Assembly (NCBI RefSeq): GCF_009914755.1
Contig: NC_060933.1
DNA: 64,000 bases
Source of the DNA: the human T2T-CHM13v2.0 reference genome, Homo sapiens
Strand: one strand, 5' to 3'
Made by a program: the position numbers and the translations under genes. Shown piece after piece: positions 41,001 through 56,023 of this stretch (positions within the stretch are counted from its first letter, which is position 1; every line of letters starts with the position of its first letter). The notes beneath the pieces are model-generated. The model was not told where the DNA came from. It did not search any database and saw only the letters and a list, made by a program, of their open reading frames with translations.

Positions 41001-44000
41001 GGAATGGAATGGAATGGTACGGAATAGAATGGAATGGAACGAATTGTAATGGAATTGAATTGAATGGAATGGAATGGAATGGAATGGAATCAACGCGATT
41101 GCAGGGGAATGTAATGGAACGGAATGCAATGGAATGGAATCATCCGGAATGGAATGGAATGGAATGGAATGGAATGGAATGGAATCAACCCGAGTGCAAT
41201 GGAATGTAATGGAGAGTAAGGGAGTTGAATAGAATCAATCCGAATGTAATGGAATGCAATGTAACGGAATGGAATGGAATGGAATGGAATGGAAAGGAAT
41301 GGAATGGAATGCAATGGAATTGAATCAACCCGAGTACAATGGAATGGAATGGAATGGAATGGAATGGAATGGAATGGAATCGAATGGAATGATACGGAAT
41401 AGAATGGAATGGAACGAAATGGAATGGAATGGAATGGAATGGAATGGAATCGTTCTGAGTGGAATAGGAGGGAATGTATTCGAGTGGAATGGAAAGGAAT
41501 GGTATCAACCAGAGTGGAATGGAAGGGAATGGAATGGAATGGAAACTAATAGAATGGAATCAACCCGAGTGGAATGGAATGGAAAGGACTGGAATGGAAT
41601 GGAATGGAATGGAATCAACTCGATTGTAATGGAATGGAATGGAATGGAATGGAATGGAATTAACCCGAATACAATGGAATGGAATGGAATGGAACGGAAT
41701 GGAGTAGAATGCAATGGAATCAACCCGAGTGCAGGGGAATGGAATGGAATGGAATGCAATGGAATGGAATCATCCGGAATGGAATGGAATGGAATGGAAT
41801 GCAAAGCAACGGAATCAACTCGATTGCAATGGAATGGAATGGAATGGAAAGGAATAAATTGGAATCAACCCGAGTGGAATGGAATGGAAAGGAGTGGAAT
41901 GGAGTGGAATGGAATGGAATGGAATGGAATGGAATCAACTCGATTGGAATGGAATGGAATGGAATGGAATGGAATGGAATGGAATGGAATGGAATCAACC
42001 CGAGTACAATGGAATGGAGTGGAATGGAATGGAATGGAATGGAACAACCCGAATGGAATGGAATGTAATGGAGAGTAAGGGAGTTGAATAGAATCAATCC
42101 GAATGTAATGGAATGGAATGGAACGGAATGGAATTGAATGGAATGGAATGGAATGCAATTGAATGGAATCAACCCGAGTGCAATGCAATGGAGAGGAATG
42201 GAATGGAATGGAATGGAAACTACCCGAATGGAATGGAATGTAATGGAGTGTAAGGGAATTGAATAGAATCAATCCGAATGTAATGGAATGGAATGGAACG
42301 GAATGGAATGGAATGGAATGCAATGGAATGGAATGGAATGCAATGGAATGGAATCAACACGAGTGCAATCGAATGGAATCGAATGGAATGGAATGCAATG
42401 GAATGGATTCAACTTGAATGGAATGGAAAGAATGGAATCAACACGAGTGGAATGGCATGGATTGGAATGGAATGGAATGGAATCAACCCGAGTACAGGGG
42501 AATGGAATGGAATGGAATGCAAAGGAATGGAATCATCCGTAATGGAATGGAAAGGAATGGAATGGAATGGAATGGAATGGAATGGAATCAACTCGATTGC
42601 AATCGAATGGAATGGAATGGAATTAACCCGAATAGAATGGAATGGAATGGAATGGAACGGAACGGAATGGAATGGAATGGAATGGAACGGAACGGAACGG
42701 AATGGATGGAATGGAATGGAATGGAATGGAATGGAATCAACGCGAGTGCAGGGGAATGGAATGGAATGGAATGCAATGGAATGGAATCTTCCGGAATGGA
42801 ATGGAATGGAATGGAATGGAATGAAATGCAATGGATTCAACTCGATTGCAATGGAATGGAATGGAATGGAATGGAATGGAATGGAATGGAATGGAATGGA
42901 ATTAACCCGCATAGAATGGAATGGAATGGAATGGAATGGAATGGAATTAATTCGAATAGAATGGAATGGAATGGAATGGAAAGGAATGGAACAGAATGTA
43001 ATGGTACGGAATAGAATGGAATGGAACGAATTGTAATGGAATGGAATTGAATGGAATGGAATGGAATGGAATGGAATCAACGCGAGTGCAGGGGAATGTA
43101 ATGGAACGGAATGCAATGGAATGGAATCATCCGGAATGGAATGGAATGGAATGGAATGGAATGGAATCAACCCGAGTGCAATGGAATGGAGTGGAATGGA
43201 ATTGAATGGAATGGAACAACCCGAATGGAATGGAATGTAATGGAGAGTAAGGGAGTTGAATAGAATCAATCCGAATGTAATGGAATGGAATGCAACGGAA
43301 TGGAATTGAATGGAATGGAATGGAATGGAATGGAATTGAATCAACCCGAGTACAATGGAATGGAATGGAATGGAATGGAATGGAATGGAATGGAATGGAA
43401 TGGAATGGAATGGAATGATACGGAATAGAATGGAATGGAACGAAATGGAATGGAATGGAATGGAATGGAATGGAATGGAATCGTTCTGAGTGGAATAGGA
43501 GGGAATGTATTCGAGTGGAATGGAAAGGAATGGAAAAATCCTGAGTGGAATGGAAGGGAATGGAATGGAATAGAAACTAATAGAATGGAATCAACCCGAG
43601 AGGAATGGAATGGAAAGGACTGGAATGGAATGGAATGGAATGGAATCAACTCGATTGTAATGGAATTGAATGGAATGGAATGGAATGGAATGGAATTAAC
43701 CCGAATAGAATGGAATGGAATGGAATGGAACGGAATGGAACGGAATGGAATGGAATGGAATGGAATGGAATGGAAAGGTGTGTAATGGAATGGAATGGTA
43801 AGGAATAGAATTGAATGGAAAGAATTGTAATGGAATGGAATTGAATGGAATGGAATGGAATGGAATGGAATCAACGCGAGTGCAGGGGAATGTAACGGAA
43901 CGGAATGCAATGGAATGGAATCATCCGGAATGGAATGGAATGGAATGGAATGGAATGGAATCAACCCGAGTGCAATGGAATGGAGTGGAATGGAATGGAA

Positions 44001-47000
44001 TGGAATGGAACAACCCGAATGGAATGGAATGTAATGGAGAGTAAGGGAGTTGAATAGAATCAATCGGAATGTAATGGAATGGAATGCAACGGAATGGAAT
44101 GGAATGGAATGGAATGGAATGGAATGGAATGCAATGGAATTGAATCAACCCGAGTGCAATAGAATGGAATCGAAAGGAATGGAATGCAATGGAATGGATT
44201 CAACTTGAATGGAATGGAAAGAATGGAATCAACACGAGTGGAATGGCATGGATTGGAATGGAATGGAATGGAATCAACCCGAGTACAGGGGAATGGAATG
44301 GAATGGAATGCAATGGAATGGAATCATCCGTAATGGAATGGAAAAGAATGGAATGGAATGGAATGGAATGGAATGGAATGGAATGGAATCAAACTCGATT
44401 GCAATCGAATGGAATGGAATGGAATTAACCCGAATAGAATGGAATGGAATGGAATGGAATGGAACGGAACGGAATGGAATGGAATTGAATGGAATGGAAC
44501 GGAACGGAATGGAATGGAATGGAATGGAATGGAATGGAATCAACGCGAGTGCAGGGGAATGGAATGGAATGGAATGCAATGGAATGGAATCTTCCGGAAT
44601 GGAATGGAATGGAATGAAATGCAATGGATTCAACTCGATTGCAATGGAATGGAATAGAATGGAATGGAATGGAATGGAATGGAATGGAATGGAATGGAAT
44701 TAATCCGAATAGAATGGAATGGAATGGAATGGAACGGAATGGAACGGAATGGAATGGAATGGAATGGAATGGAATGGAATGGAATGGTATGGAATGGAAT
44801 GGAATGGTATGGAATAGAATGGAATGGAACGAATTGTAATGGAATGGAATTGAATGGAATGGAATGGAATGGATTGGAATCAACGCGAGTGCAGGGGAAT
44901 GTAATGGAACGGAATGCAATGGAATGTAATCATCCGGAATGGAATGGAATGGAATGGAATGGAATGGAATGGAATCAACCCGAGTGCAATGGAATGTAAT
45001 GGAGAGTAAGGGAGTTGAATAGAATCAATCCGAATGTAATGGAATGGAATGCAACGGAATGGAATGGAATGGAATGGAATGGAATGGAATGCAATGGAAT
45101 TGAATCAACCCGAGTACAATGGAATGGAATGGAATGGAATGGAATGGAATGGAATGGAATGGAATGATACGGAATAGAATGGAATGGAACGAAATGGAAT
45201 GGAATGGAATGGAATGGAATGGAATGGAATTGAATGGAATGGAATGGAATCGCTCCGAATGGAATAGGAGGGAATGTATTCGAGTGGAATGGAAAGGAAT
45301 GGTATCAACCAGAGTGGAATGGAAGGGAATGGAATGGAATGGAAACTAATAGAATGGAATCAACCCGAGTGGAATGGAATGGAAAGGACTGGAATGGAAT
45401 GGAATGGAATGGAATCAACTCGATTGTAATGGAATGGAATGGAATGGAATGGAATGGAATTAACCCGAATACAATGGAATGGAATGGAATGGAACGGAAT
45501 GGAGTGGAATGGAATGGAATGAACCCGAGTGCAGGGGAATGGAATGGAATGGAATGCAATGGAATGGAATCATCCGGAATGGAATGGAATGGAATGGAAT
45601 GCAAAGCAATGGAATCAACTCGATTGCAATGGAATGGAATGGAATGGAAAGGAATACATGGGAATCAACCCGAGTGGAATGGAACGGAAAGGACTGGAAT
45701 GGAGTGGAATGGAATGGAATGGAATGGAATGGAATCAACTCGATTGGAATGGAATGGAATGGAATGGAATGGAATTAACCCGAATAGAATGGAATGGAAT
45801 GGAATGGAACGGAACGGAATGGAATGGAATGGAATGGAATGGAATGGAATGGAATGGAATGGAATCAACCCGACTGCAGGGGAATGGAATGGAATGGAAT
45901 GCAATGGAATGGAATCTTCCGGAATGGAATGGAATGGAATGGAATGGAATGAAATGCAATGGATTCAACTCGATTGCAATGGAATGGAATAGAATGGAAT
46001 GGAATGGAATGGAATGGAATTAATCCGAATAGAATGGAATGGAATGGAATGGAACGGAATGGAACGGAATGGAATGGAATGGAATGGAATGGAATGGAAT
46101 GGTATGGAATGGAATGGAATGGTATGGAATAGAATGGAATGGAACGAATTGTAATGGAATGGAATTGAATGGAATGGAATGGAATGGATTGGAATCAACG
46201 CGAGTGCAGGGGAATGTAATGGAACGGAATGCAATGGAATGTAATCATCCGGAATGGAATGGAATGGAATGGAATGGAATGGAATGGAATGGAATGGAAT
46301 CAACCCGAGTGCAATGGAATGTAATGGAGAGTAAGGGAGTTGAATAGAATCAATCCGAATGTAATGGAATGGAATGCAACGGAATGGAATGGAATGGAAT
46401 GGAATGGAATGGAATGCAATGGAATTGAATCAACCCGAGTACAATGGAATGGAATGGAATGGAATGGAATGGAATGGAATGGAATGATACGGAATAGAAT
46501 GGAATGGAACGAAATGGAATGGAATGGAATGGAATGGAATGGAATGGAATTGAATGGAATGGAATGGAATCGCTCCGAATGGAATAGGAGGGAATGTATT
46601 CGAGTGGAATGGAAAGGAATGGTATCAACCAGAGTGGAATGGAAGGGAATGGAATGGAATGGAAACTAATAGAATGGAATCAACCCGAGTGGAATGGAAT
46701 GGAAAGGACTGGAATGGAATGGAATGGAATGGAATCAACTCGATTGTAATGGAATGGAATGGAATGGAATGGAATGGAATTAACCCGAATACAATGGAAT
46801 GGAATGGAATGGAACGGAATGGAGTGGAATGGAATGGAATGAACCCGAGTGCAGGGGAATGGAATGGAATGGAATGCAATGGAATGGAATCATCCGGAAT
46901 GGAATGGAATGGAATGGAATGCAAAGCAATGGAATCAACTCGATTGCAATGGAATGGAATGGAATGGAAAGGAATACATGGGAATCAACCCGAGTGGAAT

Positions 47001-49260
47001 GGAATGGAAAGGACTGGAATGGAGTGGAATGGAATGGAATGGAATGGAATGGAATCAACTCGATTGGAATGGAATGGAATGGAATGGAATGGAATTAACC
47101 CGAATAGAATGGAATGGAATGGAATGGAACGGAACGGAATGGAATGGAATGGAATGGAATGGAATGGAATGGAATGGAATGGAATGGAATCAACCCGACT
47201 GCAGGGGAATGGAATGGAATGGAATGCAATGGAATGGAATCTTCCGGAATGGAATGGAATGGAATGGAATGGAATGAAATGCAATGGATTCAACTCGATT
47301 GCAATGGAATGGAATAGAATGGAATGGAATGGAATGGAATGGAATGGAATTAACCCGCATAGAATGGAATGGAATGGAATGGAATGGAATGGAATGGAAT
47401 TAATTCGAATCGAATGGAATGGAATGGAATGGAATGGAATGGAATCAACTCGATTGCAATCGAATGGAATGGAATGGAATTAACCCGAATGGAATGGAAT
47501 GGAATGGAATGGAACGGAACGGAATGGAATGGAATGGAATGGAATGGAACGGAAAGGAAGGGAATGGAATGGAATAGAATGGAATGGAATGGAATCAACG
47601 CGAGTGCAGGGGAATGGAATGGAATGGAATGCAATGGAATGGAATCTTCCGGAATGGAATGGAATGGAATGGAATGGAATGGAATCAACCCGAGTGCAAT
47701 GGAATGGAGTGGAATGGAATGGAATGGAATGGAACAACCCGAATGGAATGGAATGTAATGGAGAGTAAGGGAGTTGAATAGAATCAATCCGAATGTAATG
47801 GAATGGAATGGAACGGAATGTAATTGAATGGAATGGAATGGAATGCAATGGAATCGAATCAACCCGAGTGCAATGGAATGGAGAGGAATGGAATGGAATG
47901 GAATGGAAACTACCCGAATGGAATGGAATGTAATGGAGTGTAAGGGAATTGAATAGAATCAATCCGAATGTAATGGAATGGAATGGAACGGAATGGAATG
48001 GAATGGAATGGAATGGAATGGAATGGAATGCAATGGAATGGAATCAACCCGAGTGCAATCGAATGGAATCGAATGGAATGGAATGCAATGGAATGGATTC
48101 AACTTGAATGGAATGGAAAGAATGGAATCAACACGAGTGGAATGGCATGGATTGGAATGAAATGGAATGGAATCAACCCGAGTACAGGGGAATGGAATGG
48201 AATGGAATGCAATGGAATGGAATCATCCGTAATGGAATGGAAAGGAATGGAATGGAAAGGAATCAACTCGATTGCAATAGAATGGAATGGAATGGAATTA
48301 ACCCGAATAGAATGGAATGGAATGGAATGGAACGGAACGGAATGGAATGGAATGGAATGGAATGGAATGGAACGGAATGGAATGGAATGGAATGGAATGG
48401 AATCAACGCGAGTGCAGGGGAATGGAATGGAATGGAATGCAATGGAATGGAATCTTCCGGAATGGAATGGAATGGAATGGAATGAAATGCAATGGATTCA
48501 ACTCGATTGCAATGGAATGGAATAGAATGGAATGGAATGGAATGGAATGGAATTAATCCGAATAGAATGGAATGGAATGGAATGGAACGGAATGGAACGG
48601 AATGGAATGGAATGGAATGGAATGGAATGGTATGGAATGGAATGGAATGGTACGGAATAGAATGGAATGGAACGAATTGTAATGGAATGGAATTGAATGG
48701 AATGGAATGGAATCAACGCGAGTGCAGGGGAATGTAATGGAACGGAATGCAATGGAATGGAATCATCCGGAATGGAATGGAATGGAGTGGAATGGAATGG
48801 AATGGAATGGAATGGAATCAACCCGAGTGCAATGGAATGGAGTGGAATGGAATGGAATGGAATGGAACAACCCGAATGGAGTGGAATGTAACGTAGAGTA
48901 AGGGAGTTGAATAGAATCAATCCGAATGTAATGGAATGGAATGCAACGGAATGGAATGGAATGGAATGGAATGGAATGCAATGGAATTGAATCAACCCGA
49001 GTACAAAGGAATGGAATGGAATGGAATGGAATGGAATGGAATGGAATGGAATGATACGGAATAGAATGGAATGGAATGGAATGGAATGGAATGGAATGGA
49101 ATGGAATGGAATCGTTCCGAGTGGAATAGGAGGGAATGTGTTCGAGTGGAATGGAAAGGAATGGTATCAACCAGAGTGGAATGGAAGGGAATGGAATGGA
49201 ATGGAAACTAATAGAATGGAATCAACCCGAGTGGAATGGAATGGAAAGGACTGGAATGGA
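35100..49260 (+). repeat. Macro-repeat copy 2
   Basis: Collinear with 12600-29570 except that it lacks the 4.0 kb duplication and a ~175 bp Z' block, and carries two 1.32 kb units. Confidence 0.9.
44586..47340 (+). repeat. 1.32 kb unit, two tandem copies
   Basis: CGCTCCGAAT landmark at 45251 and 46571. CTTCCGG elements at 44586, 45911 and 47236. Confidence 0.92.
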
Positions 49261-52200
49261 ATGGAATGGAATGGAATGGAATGGAACGGAACGGAATGGA
49301 ATGGAATGGAATGGAATGGAATGGAATGGAATCAATGCGAGTGCAGAGGAATGGAATGGAATGGAATGGAATGCAATGGAATGGAATCTTCCGGAATGGA
49401 ATGGAATGGAATGGAATGGAATGGAATGGAATGAAATGCAATGGATTCAACTCGATTGCAATGGAATGGAATAGAATGGAATGGAATGGAATGCAATGGA
49501 ATTAATTCGAATAGAATGTAATGGAATGGAATGGAACGGAATGGAACCGAATGGAATGGAATGGAATGGAATGGAATGGTATGGAATGGAATGGAATGGT
49601 ACGGAATAGAATGGAATGGAACGAATTGTAATGGTATGGAATTGAATGGAATGGAATGGAATGGAATGGAATCAACGCGAGTGCAGGGGAATGTAATGGA
49701 ACGGAATGCAATGGAATGGAATCATCCGGAATGGAATGGAATGGAATGGAATGGAATGGAATCAACCCGAGTGCAATGGAATGGAGTGGAATGGAATGGA
49801 ATGGAATGGAAAAACCCGAATGGAATGGAATGTAATGGAGAGTAAGGGAGTTGAATAGAATCAATCAGAATGTAATGGAATGGAATGCAACGGAATGGAA
49901 TGGAATGGAATGGAATGGAATGGAATGTAATGGAATGCAATGGAATGGAATCAACCCGAGTACAATGGAATGGATTGGAATGGAATGGAATGGAATGGAA
50001 TGGAATGGAATGATACGGAATAGAATGGAATGGAAAGAAATGGAATGGAATGGAATGGAATGGAATGGAATGGAATGGAATGGAATCGTTCTGAGTGGAA
50101 TAGGAGGGAATGTATTCGAGTGGAATGGAAAGGAATGGAAAAAACCTGAGTGGAATGGAAGGGAATGGAATGGAATGGAAACTAATAGAATGGAATCAAC
50201 CCGAGAGGAATGGAATGGAAAGGACTGGAATGGAATGGAATGGAATGGAATCAACTCGATTGTAATGGAATGGAATGGAATGGAATGGAATTAACCCGAA
50301 TACAATGTAATGGAATGGAATGGAACGGAATGGAGTGGAATCGAATGGAATCAACCTGAGTGCAGGGGAATGGAATGGAATGGAATGCAATGGAATGGAA
50401 TCATCCGGAATGGAATGGAATGGAATGGAATGCAAAGCAATGGAATCAACTCGATTGCAATGGAATGGAATGGAATGGAAAGGAATACATTGGAATCAAC
50501 ACGAGTGGAATGGAATGGAAAGGACTGGAATGGAGTGGAATGGAATGGAATGGAATGGAATGGAATGGAAACAACTCGATTGGAATGGAATGGAATGGAA
50601 TGGAATGGAATGGAATGGAATGGAATTAATCCGAATAGAATGGAATGGAATGGAATGGAACGGAATGGAATGGAACGGAATGGAATGGAATGGAATGGAA
50701 TGGAAACAACCCGACTGCAGGGGAATGGAATGGAATGGAATGCAATGGAATGGATTCAACTTGAATGGAATGGAAAGAATGGAATCAACACGAGTGGAAT
50801 GGCATGGATTGGAATGGAATGGAATGGAATCAACACGAGTACAGGGGAATGGAATGGAATGGAATGCAATGGAATGGAATCATCCGTAATGGAATGGAAA
50901 GCAATGGAATGGAATGGAATGGAATGGAATGGAATGGAACTCAACTCGATTGCAATCGAATGGAATGGAATGGAATTAACCAGAATAGAATGGAGTGGAA
51001 TGGAATGGAATGGAACGGAACGGCATGGAATGGAATGGAATGGAATGGAATGGAATGGAACGGAACAGAACGGAATGGATGGAATGGAATGGAATGGAAT
51101 GGAATGGAATCAACGCGAGTGCAGGGGAATGGAATGGAGTGGAATGCAATGGAATGGAATCTTCCGGAATGGAATGGAATGGAATGGAATGGAATGAACT
51201 GCAATGGATTCAACTCGATTGCAATGGAATGGAATAGAATGGAATGGAATGGAATGGAATGGAATTAACCCGAATAGAATGGAATGGAATGGAATGGAAC
51301 GGAATGGAACGGAATGGAATGGAATGGAATGGAATGGAATGGTATGGAATGGAATGGAATGGTACTGAATAGAATGGAATGGAACGAATTGTAATGGAAT
51401 GGAACTGAATGGAATGGAATGGAATGGAATGGAATCAACGCGAGTGCAGGGGAATGTAATGGAACGGAATGCAATGGAATGGAATCATCCGGAATGGAAT
51501 GGAATGGAATGGAATGGAATGGAATGGAATGAAATCAACCCGAGTGCAATGGAATGGAGTGGAATGGAATGGAATGGAATGGAACAACCCGAATGGAATG
51601 GAATGTAATGGAGAGTAAGGGAGTGGAATAGAATCAATCCGAATGTAATGGAATGGAATGCAACGGAATGGAATGGAATGGAATGGAATGGAATGGAATG
51701 GAATGCAAAGGAATGGAATCAACCCGAGTGGAATTGCATGGAATGGAATGTAATGGAATGGAATGGAATGGAATCAACTCGAGTGGAAAGGAATGGAATG
51801 GAATGGAATGGAATGGAATGGAATGGAATGCAATGACATGGAATCAACCCGAGTGCAATAGAATGGAATCGAATGGAATGGAATGCAATGGAATGGATTC
51901 AACTTGAATGGAATGGAAAGAATGGAATCAACACGAGTGGAATGGCATGGATTGGAATGGAATGGAATGGAATCAACCCGAGTACAGGGTAATGGAATGG
52001 AATGGAATGCAATGGAATGGAATCATCCGTAATGGAATGGAATGGAATGGAATAGAATGGAATGGAATGGAATGGAATCAACTCGATTGCAATCGAATGG
52101 AATGGAATGGAATTAACCCGAATAGAATGGAATGGAATGCAACGGAACGGAATGGAATGGAATGGAATGGAACGGAACGGAACGGAATGGAATGGAATGG

Positions 52201-55200
52201 AATGGAATCAACGCGAGTGTAGGGGAATGGAATGGAATGCAATGGAATGGAATCTTCCGGAATGGAATGGAATGGAATGGAATGGAATGGAATGAAATGC
52301 AATGGATTCAACTCGATTGCAATGGAATGGAATAGAATGTAATGGAATGGAATGGAATGGAATTAATCCGAATAGAATGGAATGGAATGGAATGGAACGG
52401 AATGGAACGGAATGGAATGGAATGGAATGGAATGGTATGGAATGGAATGGAATGGTACGGAATAGAATGGAATGGAACGAATTGTAATGGAATTGAATTG
52501 AATGGAATGGAATGGAATGGAATGGAATCAACGCGATTGCAGGGGAATGTAATGGAACGGAATGCAATGGAATGGAATCATCCGGAATGGAATGGAATGG
52601 AATGGAATGGAATGGAATGGAATCAACCCGAGTGCAATGGAATGTAATGGAGAGTAAGGGAGTTGAATAGAATCAATCCGAATGTAATGGAATGCAATGT
52701 AACGGAATGGAATGGAATGGAATGGAATGGAAAGGAATGGAATGGAATGCAATGGAATTGAATCAACCCGAGTACAATGGAATGGAATGGAATGGAATGG
52801 AATGGAATGGAATGGAATCGAATGGAATGATACGGAATAGAATGGAATGGAACGAAATGGAATGGAATGGAATGGAATGGAATGGAATCGTTCTGAGTGG
52901 AATAGGAGGGAATGTATTCGAGTGGAATGGAAAGGAATGGTATCAACCAGAGTGGAATGGAAGGGAATGGAATGGAATGGAAACTAATAGAATGGAATCA
53001 ACCCGAGTGGAATGGAATGGAAAGGACTGGAATGGAATGGAATGGAATGGAATCAACTCGATTGTAATGGAATGGAATGGAATGGAATGGAATGGAATTA
53101 ACCCGAATACAATGGAATGGAATGGAATGGAACGGAATGGAGTAGAATGCAATGGAATCAACCCGAGTGCAGGGGAATGGAATGGAATGGAATGCAATGG
53201 AATGGAATCATCCGGAATGGAATGGAATGGAATGGAATGCAAAGCAACGGAATCAACTCGATTGCAATGGAATGGAATGGAATGGAAAGGAATAAATTGG
53301 AATCAACCCGAGTGGAATGGAATGGAAAGGAGTGGAATGGAGTGGAATGGAATGGAATGGAATGGAATGGAATCAACTCGATTGGAATGGAATGGAATGG
53401 AATGGAATGGAATGGAATGGAATGGAATCAACCCGAGTACAATGGAATGGAGTGGAATGGAATGGAATGGAATGGAACAACCCGAATGGAATGGAATGTA
53501 ATGGAGAGTAAGGGAGTTGAATAGAATCAATCCGAATGTAATGGAATGGAATGGAACGGAATGGAATTGAATGGAATGGAATGGAATGCAATTGAATGGA
53601 ATCAACCCGAGTGCAATGCAATGGAGAGGAATGGAATGGAATGGAATGGAAACTACCCGAATGGAATGGAATGTAATGGAGTGTAAGGGAATTGAATAGA
53701 ATCAATCCGAATGTAATGGAATGGAATGGAACGGAATGGAATGGAATGGAATGCAATGGAATGGAATGGAATGCAATGGAATGGAATCAACACGAGTGCA
53801 ATCGAATGGAATCGAATGGAATGGAATGCAATGGAATGGATTCAACTTGAATGGAATGGAAAGAATGGAATCAACACGAGTGGAATGGCATGGATTGGAA
53901 TGGAATGGAATGGAATCAACCCGAGTACAGGGGAATGGAATGGAATGGAATGCAAAGGAATGGAATCATCCGTAATGGAATGGAAAGGAATGGAATGGAA
54001 TGGAATGGAATGGAATGGAATCAACTCGATTGCAATCGAATGGAATGGAATGGAATTAACCCGAATAGAATGGAATGGAATGGAATGGAACGGAACGGAA
54101 TGGAATGGAATGGAATGGAACGGAACGGAACGGAATGGATGGAATGGAATGGAATGGAATGGAATGGAATCAACGCGAGTGCAGGGGAATGGAATGGAAT
54201 GGAATGCAATGGAATGGAATCTTCCGGAATGGAATGGAATGGAATGGAATGGAATGAAATGCAATGGATTCAACTCGATTGCAATGGAATGGAATGGAAT
54301 GGAATGGAATGGAATGGAATGGAATGGAATGGAATTAACCCGCATAGAATGGAATGGAATGGAATGGAATGGAATGGAATTAATTCGAATAGAATGGAAT
54401 GGAATGGAATGGAAAGGAATGGAACAGAATGTAATGGTACGGAATAGAATGGAATGGAACGAATTGTAATGGAATGGAATTGAATGGAATGGAATGGAAT
54501 GGAATGGAATCAACGCGAGTGCAGGGGAATGTAATGGAACGGAATGCAATGGAATGGAATCATCCGGAATGGAATGGAATGGAATGGAATGGAATGGAAT
54601 CAACCCGAGTGCAATGGAATGGAGTGGAATGGAATTGAATGGAATGGAACAACCCGAATGGAATGGAATGTAATGGAGAGTAAGGGAGTTGAATAGAATC
54701 AATCCGAATGTAATGGAATGGAATGCAACGGAATGGAATTGAATGGAATGGAATGGAATGGAATGGAATTGAATCAACCCGAGTACAATGGAATGGAATG
54801 GAATGGAATGGAATGGAATGGAATGGAATGGAATGGAATGGAATGGAATGATACGGAATAGAATGGAATGGAACGAAATGGAATGGAATGGAATGGAATG
54901 GAATGGAATGGAATCGTTCTGAGTGGAATAGGAGGGAATGTATTCGAGTGGAATGGAAAGGAATGGAAAAATCCTGAGTGGAATGGAAGGGAATGGAATG
55001 GAATAGAAACTAATAGAATGGAATCAACCCGAGAGGAATGGAATGGAAAGGACTGGAATGGAATGGAATGGAATGGAATCAACTCGATTGTAATGGAATT
55101 GAATGGAATGGAATGGAATGGAATGGAATTAACCCGAATAGAATGGAATGGAATGGAATGGAACGGAATGGAACGGAATGGAATGGAATGGAATGGAATG

Positions 55201-56023
55201 GAATGGAAAGGTGTGTAATGGAATGGAATGGTAAGGAATAGAATTGAATGGAAAGAATTGTAATGGAATGGAATTGAATGGAATGGAATGGAATGGAATG
55301 GAATCAACGCGAGTGCAGGGGAATGTAACGGAACGGAATGCAATGGAATGGAATCATCCGGAATGGAATGGAATGGAATGGAATGGAATGGAATCAACCC
55401 GAGTGCAATGGAATGGAGTGGAATGGAATGGAATGGAATGGAACAACCCGAATGGAATGGAATGTAATGGAGAGTAAGGGAGTTGAATAGAATCAATCGG
55501 AATGTAATGGAATGGAATGCAACGGAATGGAATGGAATGGAATGGAATGGAATGGAATGGAATGCAATGGAATTGAATCAACCCGAGTGCAATAGAATGG
55601 AATCGAAAGGAATGGAATGCAATGGAATGGATTCAACTTGAATGGAATGGAAAGAATGGAATCAACACGAGTGGAATGGCATGGATTGGAATGGAATGGA
55701 ATGGAATCAACCCGAGTACAGGGGAATGGAATGGAATGGAATGCAATGGAATGGAATCATCCGTAATGGAATGGAAAAGAATGGAATGGAATGGAATGGA
55801 ATGGAATGGAATGGAATGGAATCAAACTCGATTGCAATCGAATGGAATGGAATGGAATTAACCCGAATAGAATGGAATGGAATGGAATGGAATGGAACGG
55901 AACGGAATGGAATGGAATTGAATGGAATGGAACGGAACGGAATGGAATGGAATGGAATGGAATGGAATGGAATGGAATCAACGCGAGTGCAGGGGAATGG
56001 AATGGAATGGAATGCAATGGAAT

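Noticed and set aside
9189-53296. AATAAA hexamers at about 9189, 17032, 19505, 41853 and 53291
   Set aside because: They are one or two substitutions from common words (AATAGA, AATACA, AATCAA), have no GU/U-rich downstream element, and three are copies of a single event.
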